Assembly (NCBI GenBank): GCA_045125535.1
Contig: JBGVNK010000031.1
Coordinates: 22,137 to 86,136 of the forward strand
Direction: 5' to 3'
DNA: 64,000 nt
Origin: Candidatus Cryptobacteroides sp.
GTDB lineage: Bacteria > Bacteroidota > Bacteroidia > Bacteroidales > UBA932
Shown here: one piece after another, positions 1 to 8,607 of the stretch
How the letters are laid out: each line of letters starts with the position of its first letter
Position numbering within the stretch: the first letter of the stretch is position 1
Notes under the pieces: model-generated
The model's database searches: none
The model's input: the letters and a program-made list of their open reading frames with translations, nothing else
What the model was told of the DNA's origin: nothing
Translations under genes and position numbers: made by a program

Positions 1-2590
1 TCTCGAGAGCCATAGTGAGCTGCTCCTGAGTAGGACCGTTCTCAGCAAGATCTTTGAGTCCCTTGATTGCGAGCTCGCGGAGCTTAGGAGACTTCTCCAC
101 GTTAGTGTCGAAAGCAACCATGATCGAAGCTCTCTCATTAGGGATTCTGCGAGCATTCATAGCCGAGCTTGCACCATATGTGCCACCCTCTTCCTCACGG
201 AGAGTCTTGGTATAGACCATGTCAAGAATATATGAAGCAGCGCTGAGGACAACCTCAGTCTTGGTGTCAACCGGCATGTAAGCAGTGTAAACCTGGTAAA
301 CGGTAGACTTAGGAGTAGCGAGGTCAAGTCTTACGATGTTCTCGATCTTTCCCTCTGCTCTGTTGATAAGGTTAGCCTCATTGATCTCAGTAGCCTTCTT
401 GCCCTTAGGAAGTGAACCCATGTACTTCTCTACGAGAGGCTTGAGTGTAGCTATGTCCACGTTACCGATAACTGTAAGAGTAGCACCAGCAACATCCTTG
501 AAGAGCTGACGGTAAACGCGCTCGATAGTAGCAAGATTTGCCTTCTCAAGAGTAGCTGCATCTAGAACCACCTGACGAGGATTGTTGTCATAGATAGTCT
601 TGTTGAGCTCATTCTGGAAGAGGAAGTCAGGGTTGGTCATGAGGTTAGGGAGGAGAGCTACGATCTGCTGGATACCTGTCTGATACTCAGCCTCATCGAA
701 ACGAGGATCCGCGAAATAGAGGTATGCGAGCTGGAGTGCAGTCTCGAGATCCTTAGGAGTAGTGACTGCCTGGATACCGTGGCTGAACACATCGATGTAA
801 GGCTCTACGCTTACCTGCTTTCCTGCAAGCATCTTGCGGAGAGTAGAAGCAGAGAACTTCGAAACACCGGTATTCATCTGAAAGAGACTCCAGATGTTCT
901 CCTCGAATGAAGGCATGTCCTCAGTAGCGATAAGAGTCTGACCACCCTCGAGATCAAGCTTCATGATCACCTGATCCTGCTTGTACTGTGTAGGGAGAAC
1001 AACCACCTTGAGACCGTTCTTGAGAGTCCACTCTGTAGCGCCGTAAAGACCTTCAGTCTCCTTCTTCACCTTGCTGCCCTTAAGCTTTGCAGAGATAAGC
1101 GGCTCATTTACAGCCTCCTCCACGTTAGCCTCGATCTCAGCATTCTTCACAGACTTGAGGATGTCCACGAGCTGTCCTTCTGTAGGATGAGTAACACCTT
1201 CCTTCTCAGGAGCCTGGTAAAGAACCACGATGTCCTGGTCTGGGCAGAGCTGGCCTACCACCTGGTTGAGAATGTCAGCATTGATCTGGCTGCAGAGCAT
1301 CTGGATGAGCTGAAGCTCCATCTGAGGCTCCATGTAAGGCTCGTTGTCGAAGAAGTTGTTGATGAGCGGCTGAACGAGCTGTGAGTTCTGACGAGTGTCA
1401 GCAGCCTCAGCAGCCTGCTCGTATGCAGCGATGATGTTTGTCTTAGCACGCTCTACCTCACCCTCGGTGAAACCGAATCTCTTCATCTTCTCTACTTCCA
1501 TCATGAAAGTATTCATTGCATTGAGAGCATCGCCATCCTTGAACACAACGATACCGTTCATAGTGTTGCATACATTGTTGAGCTGATACTCCATGAAGGC
1601 AGCATCAAAGAACGGAGCATCCGGCTTAGAAGCGATGTCTGCGATACGCTCACTCATGATAAGCGAAATATAGCTCATTATCACATCATTAGTAAGAGCA
1701 ACGTCAGTGTTCTTGAACTCGAACGGAATAGGCTCGCTCTTCCAGTAGATGTCGACACGTGAATTTCTAGCCTCCGGATCAGTGATGATACCCACGATAG
1801 GCTCAGCGTTGCCAGGAACCTTAGGCTCCTCCTTTACAGTAGGAACTGCAGGAGCAGGAATGTCGCTGAAAATAGACTTGATCTTAGCCTCCACTGCATC
1901 AACATCCACGTCACCTACTACGATAATGGCCTGCATGTCAGGCTTATACCACTTCTTGTAGAAGTTTGTAAGGCTCTCATACTTGAAAGTCTTGAGTTGC
2001 TCCTCACCGCCGATTAGGGTTCTTCTTGCATAGTGAGTGTCGCCATAAAGATATGGAAGAGATGCCTCGAACATTCTCCACTGAGCGTCGCTTCTCTGTC
2101 TCTTCTCCTCAAGGATCACACCTCTCTCAGCATCGATCTCAGCAGGATCGCAAGTCACGAAATGAGAATAGTCATGCATCACGAGAAGACAAGAGTCGAT
2201 GATGCTCTCGCGGATCACTGGGATATTGTTGAGCATGTAGTAAGTCTGCTCGAAACCAGTAGCTGCATTGATGTTGCGGCCGAACTCGGCACCGATGCTC
2301 TGGAGATACTCGAGAAGAGACTTTCCAGGGAAATTCTTTGTACCGTTGAAACACATGTGCTCGAGGAAGTGAGCAAGACCGTCCTGGTCGTCAGCCTCCT
2401 GGTAAGCGCCCACATTTGTAGCGAGATAGAACTCAGCTCTCTGAGCAGGCTTGTCGTTGTGGCGGATGTAGTAAGTCATGCCGTTCTCAAGCTTGCCTGT
2501 CTTCACAGCAGGATCGTTTGGAAGTACGGTCTGACCGAAAGCCACCACTGCAGCAAAGATAGCTGCAATACTGAAGATGAATCTTTTCAT
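1..2590 (-). CDS. M16 family zinc metallopeptidase (PqqL/insulinase-like), 3' end outside window
   Basis: Not in ORF track (no stop in window). Manual translation from ATG 2590: MKRFIFSIAAIFAAVVAFGQ signal peptide, GKLENGMTYYIRHN, inverted zinc motif GLAHFLEHMCFNGT (HxxEH). Confidence 0.9.
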   Translation of the reverse strand, partial: MKRFIFSIAAIFAAVVAFGQTVLPNDPAVKTGKLENGMTYYIRHNDKPAQRAEFYLATNVGAYQEADDQDGLAHFLEHMCFNGTKNFPGKSLLEYLQSIGAEFGRNINAATGFEQTYYMLNNIPVIRESIIDSCLLVMHDYSHFVTCDPAEIDAERGVILEEKRQRSDAQWRMFEASLPYLYGDTHYARRTLIGGEEQLKTFKYESLTNFYKKWYKPDMQAIIVVGDVDVDAVEAKIKSIFSDIPAPAVPTVKEEPKVPGNAEPIVGIITDPEARNSRVDIYWKSEPIPFEFKNTDVALTNDVIMSYISLIMSERIADIASKPDAPFFDAAFMEYQLNNVCNTMNGIVVFKDGDALNAMNTFMMEVEKMKRFGFTEGEVERAKTNIIAAYEQAAEAADTRQNSQLVQPLINNFFDNEPYMEPQMELQLIQMLCSQINADILNQVVGQLCPDQDIVVLYQAPEKEGVTHPTEGQLVDILKSVKNAEIEANVEEAVNEPLISAKLKGSKVKKETEGLYGATEWTLKNGLKVVVLPTQYKQDQVIMKLDLEGGQTLIATEDMPSFEENIWSLFQMNTGVSKFSASTLRKMLAGKQVSVEPYIDVFSHGIQAVTTPKDLETALQLAYLYFADPRFDEAEYQTGIQQIVALLPNLMTNPDFLFQNELNKTIYDNNPRQVVLDAATLEKANLATIERVYRQLFKDVAGATLTVIGNVDIATLKPLVEKYMGSLPKGKKATEINEANLINRAEGKIENIVRLDLATPKSTVYQVYTAYMPVDTKTEVVLSAASYILDMVYTKTLREEEGGTYGASSAMNARRIPNERASIMVAFDTNVEKSPKLRELAIKGLKDLAENGPTQEQLTMALE

Positions 2591-2740
2591 GTTTTATTTA
2601 TTAAAGGTTTATTTGTTCTTCTTCATCAGACGTAGAGCGTCCGTATAACCTACAAATATACTAACTTTTCTGTCATTTCGAGCCAAGGCCGGCGGACGTA
2701 GTCGAGAAATCTTTATATATTTGTCGAAAATACATTCATC

Positions 2741-3349
2741 ATGGAAGACTTCCGCCTCAAAATATTCATGACAGTAGCAGCAGAAGGCAGTTTCACAAAA
2801 GCTGCCTCAGCCCTCGGCATCAGCCAGCCGGCAGTAAGCCAGAACATATCCGAACTCGAAAAGACCACAGGTGTGCGCCTCTTCGAAAGACTCAGAGGCG
2901 AAGTCATTCTGACCGACCAGGGAAAAGTCTTCATGGACTATGCGGAAAGGATTCTCAGCAGTTATGCAGAAGCATCCCGTATGTTCGCAATCCTTCCGTC
3001 TGCAAATGTAAAGATTTCAGTATCAGAAGAAATCAATGCATATCTGGTTGCTCCCATTATAGAAAAATTCACAAAGGTCCATCCTGAAATCACCTTCGAA
3101 AGAGTCCTTTTCGAAGAAGCGGACCTCGTCATCACCATGGCTCCGTCGCCGGACAATCCATTCGACATCTATCCGGACAGTATCGCCAAGCTCCGCATCT
3201 CCATGTCGCCGGCACCAAAGAAAATGGGTGACTTTGCAGCCACCCATGAAAATACATCTTATTTCGATGTCTTATATAAGCCATCGGCGACCTTCGCATC
3301 AACGAAGGTCTGCCGTGTCCTTAGAGATTACTTCGCAAGTCTCTTGTAA
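2741..3349 (+). CDS. LysR-family transcriptional regulator (short C-terminal domain)
   Basis: N-terminal LysR HTH (GSFTKAASALGISQPAVSQNISELEK..GVRLFER); only 202 aa; TAnnTTTG box at ~2716-2723. Confidence 0.85.
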   Translation: MEDFRLKIFMTVAAEGSFTKAASALGISQPAVSQNISELEKTTGVRLFERLRGEVILTDQGKVFMDYAERILSSYAEASRMFAILPSANVKISVSEEINAYLVAPIIEKFTKVHPEITFERVLFEEADLVITMAPSPDNPFDIYPDSIAKLRISMSPAPKKMGDFAATHENTSYFDVLYKPSATFASTKVCRVLRDYFASLL

Positions 3350-6300
3350 GTCTCAAGTCTCCACTTAGCGAATTCCTCTGTCTTCTGGAGGAGCTCCTCA
3401 GCGCTCTCAGGATACATCTTGTAGAGCGATGCGAAACGTACCTCACCCTTGAGGAAGTCCTGGAACTTGCTCCAGTCAGGCTCCTTGCTGTCGAGTGAGA
3501 ACGGATTCTTGTCTGTTCCCTCAAGTGCAGGGTTGTATCTGTAGAGATGCCAGTAACCGCACTCTACTGCAAGCTTCTCCTCCTTCTGGCTGAGACCCAT
3601 GCCGGCCTTAAGACCGTGGTTGATACATGGAGCGTAGCAGATGACGAGTGATGGTCCGTCGTAAGCCTCAGCTTCCTTGATAGCGTTGAAGTACTGAGCT
3701 GGAGATGCACCCATGGCAACCTGTGCCACATATACATAACCATAGCTCATAGCCATCATTCCGAGGTCCTTCTTGCGTACTCTCTTACCTGAAGCAGCGA
3801 ACTTCGCGATAGCACCTGCAGGAGTTGCCTTAGAAGACTGTCCACCAGTGTTAGAGTAAACCTCAGTATCGAGAACGAGGATGTTCACATTCTCGCCTGA
3901 TGCAAGCACGTGGTCGAGACCGCCGTATCCGATGTCATAAGAAGCACCGTCACCACCGATGATCCACTGGCTGCGTGCAGGGATGAATGTCTTGTACTCT
4001 ACGAGACCCTTGCAGATGTCGCAGCCGCAACCCTCGCAGAGAGGAATGAGAGCGTCAGCAACCTCGCGGGTAACCTTAGCGTCGTTCTTGTTCTCGAGCC
4101 ACTTTGTGAAGAGAGCCTTCATCTCGTCTGTGCAGCATGTGCAAGCGAGACCCTCCTCCATGAGGCGTGCTACAGTAGCGCGTGCTCTGTCAGAGCCGAC
4201 CTTCATACCGAGACCGAACTCGCAGAAGTCCTCGAAGAGTGAGTTAGCCCAAGCCGGACCATGACCCTCGGCATCCTTGCAGTAAGGAGCAGCAGGGAAT
4301 GATGCACCGTAGATAGAAGAACATCCTGTAGCGTTGGCGATCATCATGTGGTCACCGAAGAGCTGAGTGATGGTCTTGATGTATGGAGTCTCGCCGCAGC
4401 CTGCGCAAGCGCCTGAGAACTCGAAGAGCGGCTGAGCGAACTGAGCGTTCTTGAGGTTCTGAGCCTTAGGCTGAACGTTATCCTTGTAACCGATGTGTGA
4501 GTGGAGGTAATCGAAGTTAGCCTGCTCAGCCTCCTGAGTACCAAGAGGTTTCATAACGAGAGCCTTCTCCTTAGATGGGCAGACATCAGCACAGTTGCCG
4601 CAACCTGTACAGTCGAGAACTGAAATGCTGAGAGCGAACTTGTACTCCTTGAATGTAGCCTTGCCCTGCTCGAGCTTGAGACCTGCAGGAGCGTTTGCAG
4701 CCTCCTCGTCAGTGAGAAGGAACGGACGGATTGCAGCGTGAGGACAAACGAATGCACAGCTGTTACACTGAATACATTTGTCAGCCTGCCACTCAGGAAC
4801 ATTCACAGCGATACCACGCTTCTCATAAGCAGAAGTACCAGCAGGAATAGTACCGTCAACATAATCGTTGAATACGCTTACAGGGAGAGTGTCGCCAGCC
4901 TGAGCATTCACCACGTCAGCGATCTCCTTCACGAAAGCAGGAGCGAGACGGTCCTTGTTAGGATTCTCGAACTTAGCAGTGATATCCTTCCAGTCTGCAG
5001 GAATCTCAACCTTAGTGTACTCGCCACCACGGTCAACTGCAGCATAGTTCATATTCACGATATGCTCACCCTTCTTGCCGTAGCTCTTCACGATAGCCTT
5101 CTTCATGTAGCCCACAGCCTCCTCGTAAGGAATGATGCCTGTGATCTTGAAGAATGCAGACTGGAGGATGGTGTTTGTACGTCCGCCGAGTCCGATCTCA
5201 GCAGCGATCTTGGTCGCATTGATGATATAAAGAGTGATGTTCTTCTTGCCGATGATAGCCTTCACGTGGTCAGGAATTCTCTTGAGAGTCTCTTCCTCAT
5301 CCCAGAGGCTGTTGAGAAGGAGTGTACCGTTCTCCTTGATGCCCTTGAGCACATCATACTTAGAAAGATATGAAGGAACGTGGCATGCAACGAAGTCCGG
5401 AGTACCTACGAGGTAAGGAGCCTTGATAGGGAGGTCACCGAAACGGAGGTGTGAACATGTATATCCGCCTGACTTCTTTGAGTCATAGTCGAAATATGCC
5501 TGGCAATACTTAGGAGTGTTGTCACCGATGATCTTGATGGTGTTCTTGTTTGCACCTACGGTACCGTCAGAACCGAGTCCGAAGAACTTGCACTCTGTAG
5601 TACCTGGCTTAACGATAGAGAACTCCTCCTTCTGAGGAAGTGACTTGAATGTCACGTCATCAACGATACCGAGGGTGAAGCCGTCCTTAGGCTCAGCCAT
5701 CTCGAGGTTCTCATATACTGCAACCACCTGAGCAGGAGTAGTGTCCTTTGAAGAAAGACCGTAGCGGCCGCCGATCACGAGCGGTGCGTTCTCCTGGCCC
5801 TGGAAGAGAGCCTTGATGTCAAGGAAGAGAGGCTCACCAAGTGAACCAGGCTCCTTTGTTCTGTCAAGAACAGCGATTCTCTTCACGCTCTTAGGAAGAG
5901 CCTTCATGAAATACTTAGCTGAGAAAGGTCTGTAGAGACGGACGATCATCACACCCACCTTCTTGCCCTGTGAAGCAAGGTAGTCGATGGTTTCCTTGAT
6001 TGTCTCGGTAACAGAACCCATGGCAACGATGATGTTCTCAGCCTCAGGATCTCCGTAATAGTCGAAAGGACGGTACTCGCGGCCTGTAAGCTCGCTGATC
6101 TCGCCCATATAGCGTGCAACTACATCTGGAACGGCGTCATAATACTGGTTGCAAGCCTCGCGTGCCTGGAAATATACGTCAGCGTTCTGAGCTGTACCGC
6201 GAGTCACAGGAGCGTCTGGTGAAAGAGCCTTTGCGCGGAACTTCGCGAGAGACTTTGTGCTCACCATACCCTTGAGAGCCTCGCTGTCGATGAGCTCGAT

Positions 6301-6852
6301 CTTCTGGATTTCGTGTGAAGTACGGAATCCGTCAAAGAAGTGAAGGAACGGAATGCTTGACTTGATTGTAGAAAGGTGTGCCACGGCAGCCATGTCGAGA
6401 GCCTCCTGAACAGAAGCTGAAGCGAGCATTGCGAAACCTGTCTGGCGGCAGGCCATGACGTCCTGGTGGTCACCGAAGATTGAAAGCGCGTGTGATGCAA
6501 GTGCACGTGCAGACACGTGGAACACTGTAGGGAGCATCTCACCAGCGATCTTGTACATGTTAGGGATCATGAGGAGGAGACCCTGCGAAGCAGTGAATGT
6601 GGTGGTGAGGGCACCAGCCTGGAGTGAACCGTGAACTGCACCTGCAGCACCGCCTTCACTCTGCATCTCTGTAACCTTTACCACCTCACCGAAGAGGTTC
6701 TTCTTTCCCTGAGCAGCCCACTCGTCTACGTACTCTGCCATAGTCGAAGAAGGCGTGATAGGGTAGATGGCTGCATGCTCACTGAAGAGGTAAGCGATAT
6801 GCGCCGCTGCCCAGTTACCGTCACAAGTGACGAATTTCTTTTCGTTTGCCAT
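3328..6852 (-). CDS. nifJ: pyruvate:ferredoxin (flavodoxin) oxidoreductase
   Basis: YPITPSS, EMQSEGGAAG, two 4Fe-4S motifs (CIQCNSCAFVCP, CTGCGNCADVCP), GACAGCGETPY, GGDGASYDIG TPP motif. Start moved to ATG 6852 (MANEKK) because the longer ORF start lies inside a tRNA. Confidence 0.97.
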   Translation of the reverse strand: MANEKKFVTCDGNWAAAHIAYLFSEHAAIYPITPSSTMAEYVDEWAAQGKKNLFGEVVKVTEMQSEGGAAGAVHGSLQAGALTTTFTASQGLLLMIPNMYKIAGEMLPTVFHVSARALASHALSIFGDHQDVMACRQTGFAMLASASVQEALDMAAVAHLSTIKSSIPFLHFFDGFRTSHEIQKIELIDSEALKGMVSTKSLAKFRAKALSPDAPVTRGTAQNADVYFQAREACNQYYDAVPDVVARYMGEISELTGREYRPFDYYGDPEAENIIVAMGSVTETIKETIDYLASQGKKVGVMIVRLYRPFSAKYFMKALPKSVKRIAVLDRTKEPGSLGEPLFLDIKALFQGQENAPLVIGGRYGLSSKDTTPAQVVAVYENLEMAEPKDGFTLGIVDDVTFKSLPQKEEFSIVKPGTTECKFFGLGSDGTVGANKNTIKIIGDNTPKYCQAYFDYDSKKSGGYTCSHLRFGDLPIKAPYLVGTPDFVACHVPSYLSKYDVLKGIKENGTLLLNSLWDEEETLKRIPDHVKAIIGKKNITLYIINATKIAAEIGLGGRTNTILQSAFFKITGIIPYEEAVGYMKKAIVKSYGKKGEHIVNMNYAAVDRGGEYTKVEIPADWKDITAKFENPNKDRLAPAFVKEIADVVNAQAGDTLPVSVFNDYVDGTIPAGTSAYEKRGIAVNVPEWQADKCIQCNSCAFVCPHAAIRPFLLTDEEAANAPAGLKLEQGKATFKEYKFALSISVLDCTGCGNCADVCPSKEKALVMKPLGTQEAEQANFDYLHSHIGYKDNVQPKAQNLKNAQFAQPLFEFSGACAGCGETPYIKTITQLFGDHMMIANATGCSSIYGASFPAAPYCKDAEGHGPAWANSLFEDFCEFGLGMKVGSDRARATVARLMEEGLACTCCTDEMKALFTKWLENKNDAKVTREVADALIPLCEGCGCDICKGLVEYKTFIPARSQWIIGGDGASYDIGYGGLDHVLASGENVNILVLDTEVYSNTGGQSSKATPAGAIAKFAASGKRVRKKDLGMMAMSYGYVYVAQVAMGASPAQYFNAIKEAEAYDGPSLVICYAPCINHGLKAGMGLSQKEEKLAVECGYWHLYRYNPALEGTDKNPFSLDSKEPDWSKFQDFLKGEVRFASLYKMYPESAEELLQKTEEFAKWRLETYKRLAK

Positions 6853-6883
6853 AATTCGTATAAAGTTTATGTTGTTTGTTTCG

Positions 6884-6955
6884 TACCCCCATGCGGAATC
6901 GAACCGCAACCGTCAGAACCGGAATCTGAAATTCTATCCATTAAACTATAGGGGC
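6884..6955 (-). tRNA. tRNA-Arg(CCG)
   Basis: Reverse complement GCCCCTATAGTTTAATGGATAGAATTTCAGATTCCGGTTCTGACGGTTGCGGTTCGATTCCGCATGGGGGTA; anticodon stem TCAGA/TCTGA with CCG; T-loop GGTTCGATTCC; CCA not encoded. Confidence 0.95.
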
Positions 6956-7201
6956 AGGTTCCAGTCTTTTGTGACTATCGCCCATAATGCGACAATCATG
7001 CAAATTTAATAATATTCTATTATTTCTCCCATAAAAATCGCATAAATCTTCATTGTGGCTGAATACTTGCCGTACATTCTCTGAATTTTGTAAATTTGCC
7101 TTGGTTTAATGACATGTCGTGACCGCTCTGACTGTTATGTCGAGCTAAGTTACATCGGCATATCAAGTTAAGTCTGGACATCTCAAAAATAAATGTAGAA
7201 T

Positions 7202-8149
7202 ATGAAGACTGCCTGTATATTCCCCGGCCAGGGATCCCAGTATCCCGGCATGGCAAAAGACATATATGAAAACAATACCGAAGCCCGCCAGATGCTCGAA
7301 AGAGCCAATGAAATCCTCGGCTTCCGCATCACGGACATAATGTTCGAAGGGACGGCCGACGACCTCAAGAGGACTGACGTCACCCAGCCGGCCATCTTCC
7401 TGCATTCTGTAGTCCTGGCCAAGTGCCTTCCGGACTTCCGTCCGGATATGGTCGCAGGTCATTCGCTGGGTGAATTTTCAGCCCTCGTGGCTGCCGGAGC
7501 CCTCAATTTCGAAGACGGCCTGAAACTCGTTTCGATGCGTGCGAAGGCAATGCAGAAGGCCTGTGAGATTGCACCAGGAGCCATGGCGGCAGTTCTTATG
7601 CTTCCTTCGGCAACTGTTGAGGTAATATGTGCGGAAGTCTCCTCAGAGCCTTCCGGAATATCTCATGATGGGACGCGAGAGGGGACGTCTGTGCATCCAG
7701 CTAAAATCGTCGTTCCGGCTAACTACAATTGTGAAGGTCAGATAGTGATTTCCGGCGATGTCACCGCAGTAGAGGAAGCATGCTTCAGAATGAAGGAAGC
7801 AGGTGCTCGGAGGGCCCTGCCTCTGCCGGTAGGAGGAGCCTTTCATTCTCCGCTCATGGAACCCGCACGGGAGGAACTCGCCGCTGCCATCGAGCAGATA
7901 TCCTTTACGGCTCCAATATGTCCGATATATCAGAATGTCAATGCATTACCGTCTACAGATCCGGCAGAGATCAAAGCGAATCTACTGGCCCAGCTGACTT
8001 CTCCTGTCCGCTGGACACAGTCAGTGAAGAAGATGCTGGAGGATGGAGCAGCAAGATTCGTCGAAATCGGTCCCGGCAAGGTGCTTCAAGGCCTTGTGGC
8101 CAAGACGGCTCCGGATGGTACTGCCATTGAAGGCATCTCCGTCCTATAA
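7202..8149 (+). CDS. fabD: malonyl-CoA:ACP transacylase
   Basis: FPGQGSQ, TQPAI, GHSLGE catalytic motif, GAFHSPLM, SPVRW, EIGPGKVL. Confidence 0.96.
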   Translation: MKTACIFPGQGSQYPGMAKDIYENNTEARQMLERANEILGFRITDIMFEGTADDLKRTDVTQPAIFLHSVVLAKCLPDFRPDMVAGHSLGEFSALVAAGALNFEDGLKLVSMRAKAMQKACEIAPGAMAAVLMLPSATVEVICAEVSSEPSGISHDGTREGTSVHPAKIVVPANYNCEGQIVISGDVTAVEEACFRMKEAGARRALPLPVGGAFHSPLMEPAREELAAAIEQISFTAPICPIYQNVNALPSTDPAEIKANLLAQLTSPVRWTQSVKKMLEDGAARFVEIGPGKVLQGLVAKTAPDGTAIEGISVL

Positions 8150-8152
8150 GTT

Positions 8153-8244
8153 TCAAAAGCACGGAAATGCCCGTTTTTGTGCTTTTGAGGTCAAAATATA
8201 CGGTCAAAAGAACCAATCAGCTGAATTTTGTTCTTTTGACCGTA
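8153..8244. repeat. two adjacent long inverted repeats downstream of fabD
   Basis: TCAAAAGCAC...GTGCTTTTGA (8153-8188) and TACGGTCAAAAGAAC...GTTCTTTTGACCGTA (8199-8244). Confidence 0.7.
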
Positions 8245-8317
8245 ATTTTTGTCCGGATACACAAAGATGAGGATTCAAATTTGCAGTGCCACCCAACCAT
8301 CGTTAAGAGTGTGTTTT

Positions 8318-8527
8318 ATGGGTAAATTGAAACTGTTGGAGACTTGTTCAAGAGGCATCACTGCCTATTTTTCGAACATGACAATCGAAAAGGTTGCGTC
8401 ACTTGCATGCTTTATGCTCGGAAACGTATTCCTTTTCATGGCCGTCTTCGGTCCGTGGAAATACTATTTTCCGATGACCCTCAGCTACATAGCGGCCCTT
8501 ATCGTCACGGAAGACAGAGAGCATTAA
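8318..8527 (+). CDS. small hypothetical membrane protein
   Basis: 69-aa ORF from ATG 8318 with two hydrophobic stretches, followed by a terminator hairpin; no family recognised. Confidence 0.4.
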   Translation: MGKLKLLETCSRGITAYFSNMTIEKVASLACFMLGNVFLFMAVFGPWKYYFPMTLSYIAALIVTEDREH

Positions 8528-8534
8528 TTAAAAA

Positions 8535-8568
8535 AAGAGACCGGCTGTTCATTTAAAGTCGGTCTCTT
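8535..8568. terminator. likely bidirectional intrinsic terminator
   Basis: AAGAGACCGGCT...AGTCGGTCTCTT hairpin preceded by an A-tract (U-tract on minus strand), between convergent genes. Confidence 0.7.
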
Positions 8569-8607
8569 GTCGTATGATGAACGGAATGATCCGTTATGAT
8601 CATGGGA

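Noticed and set aside
6853-6909. N-terminal extension of the PFOR ORF in the track
   Set aside because: Overlaps tRNA-Arg; the conserved protein begins at MANEKK (6852).
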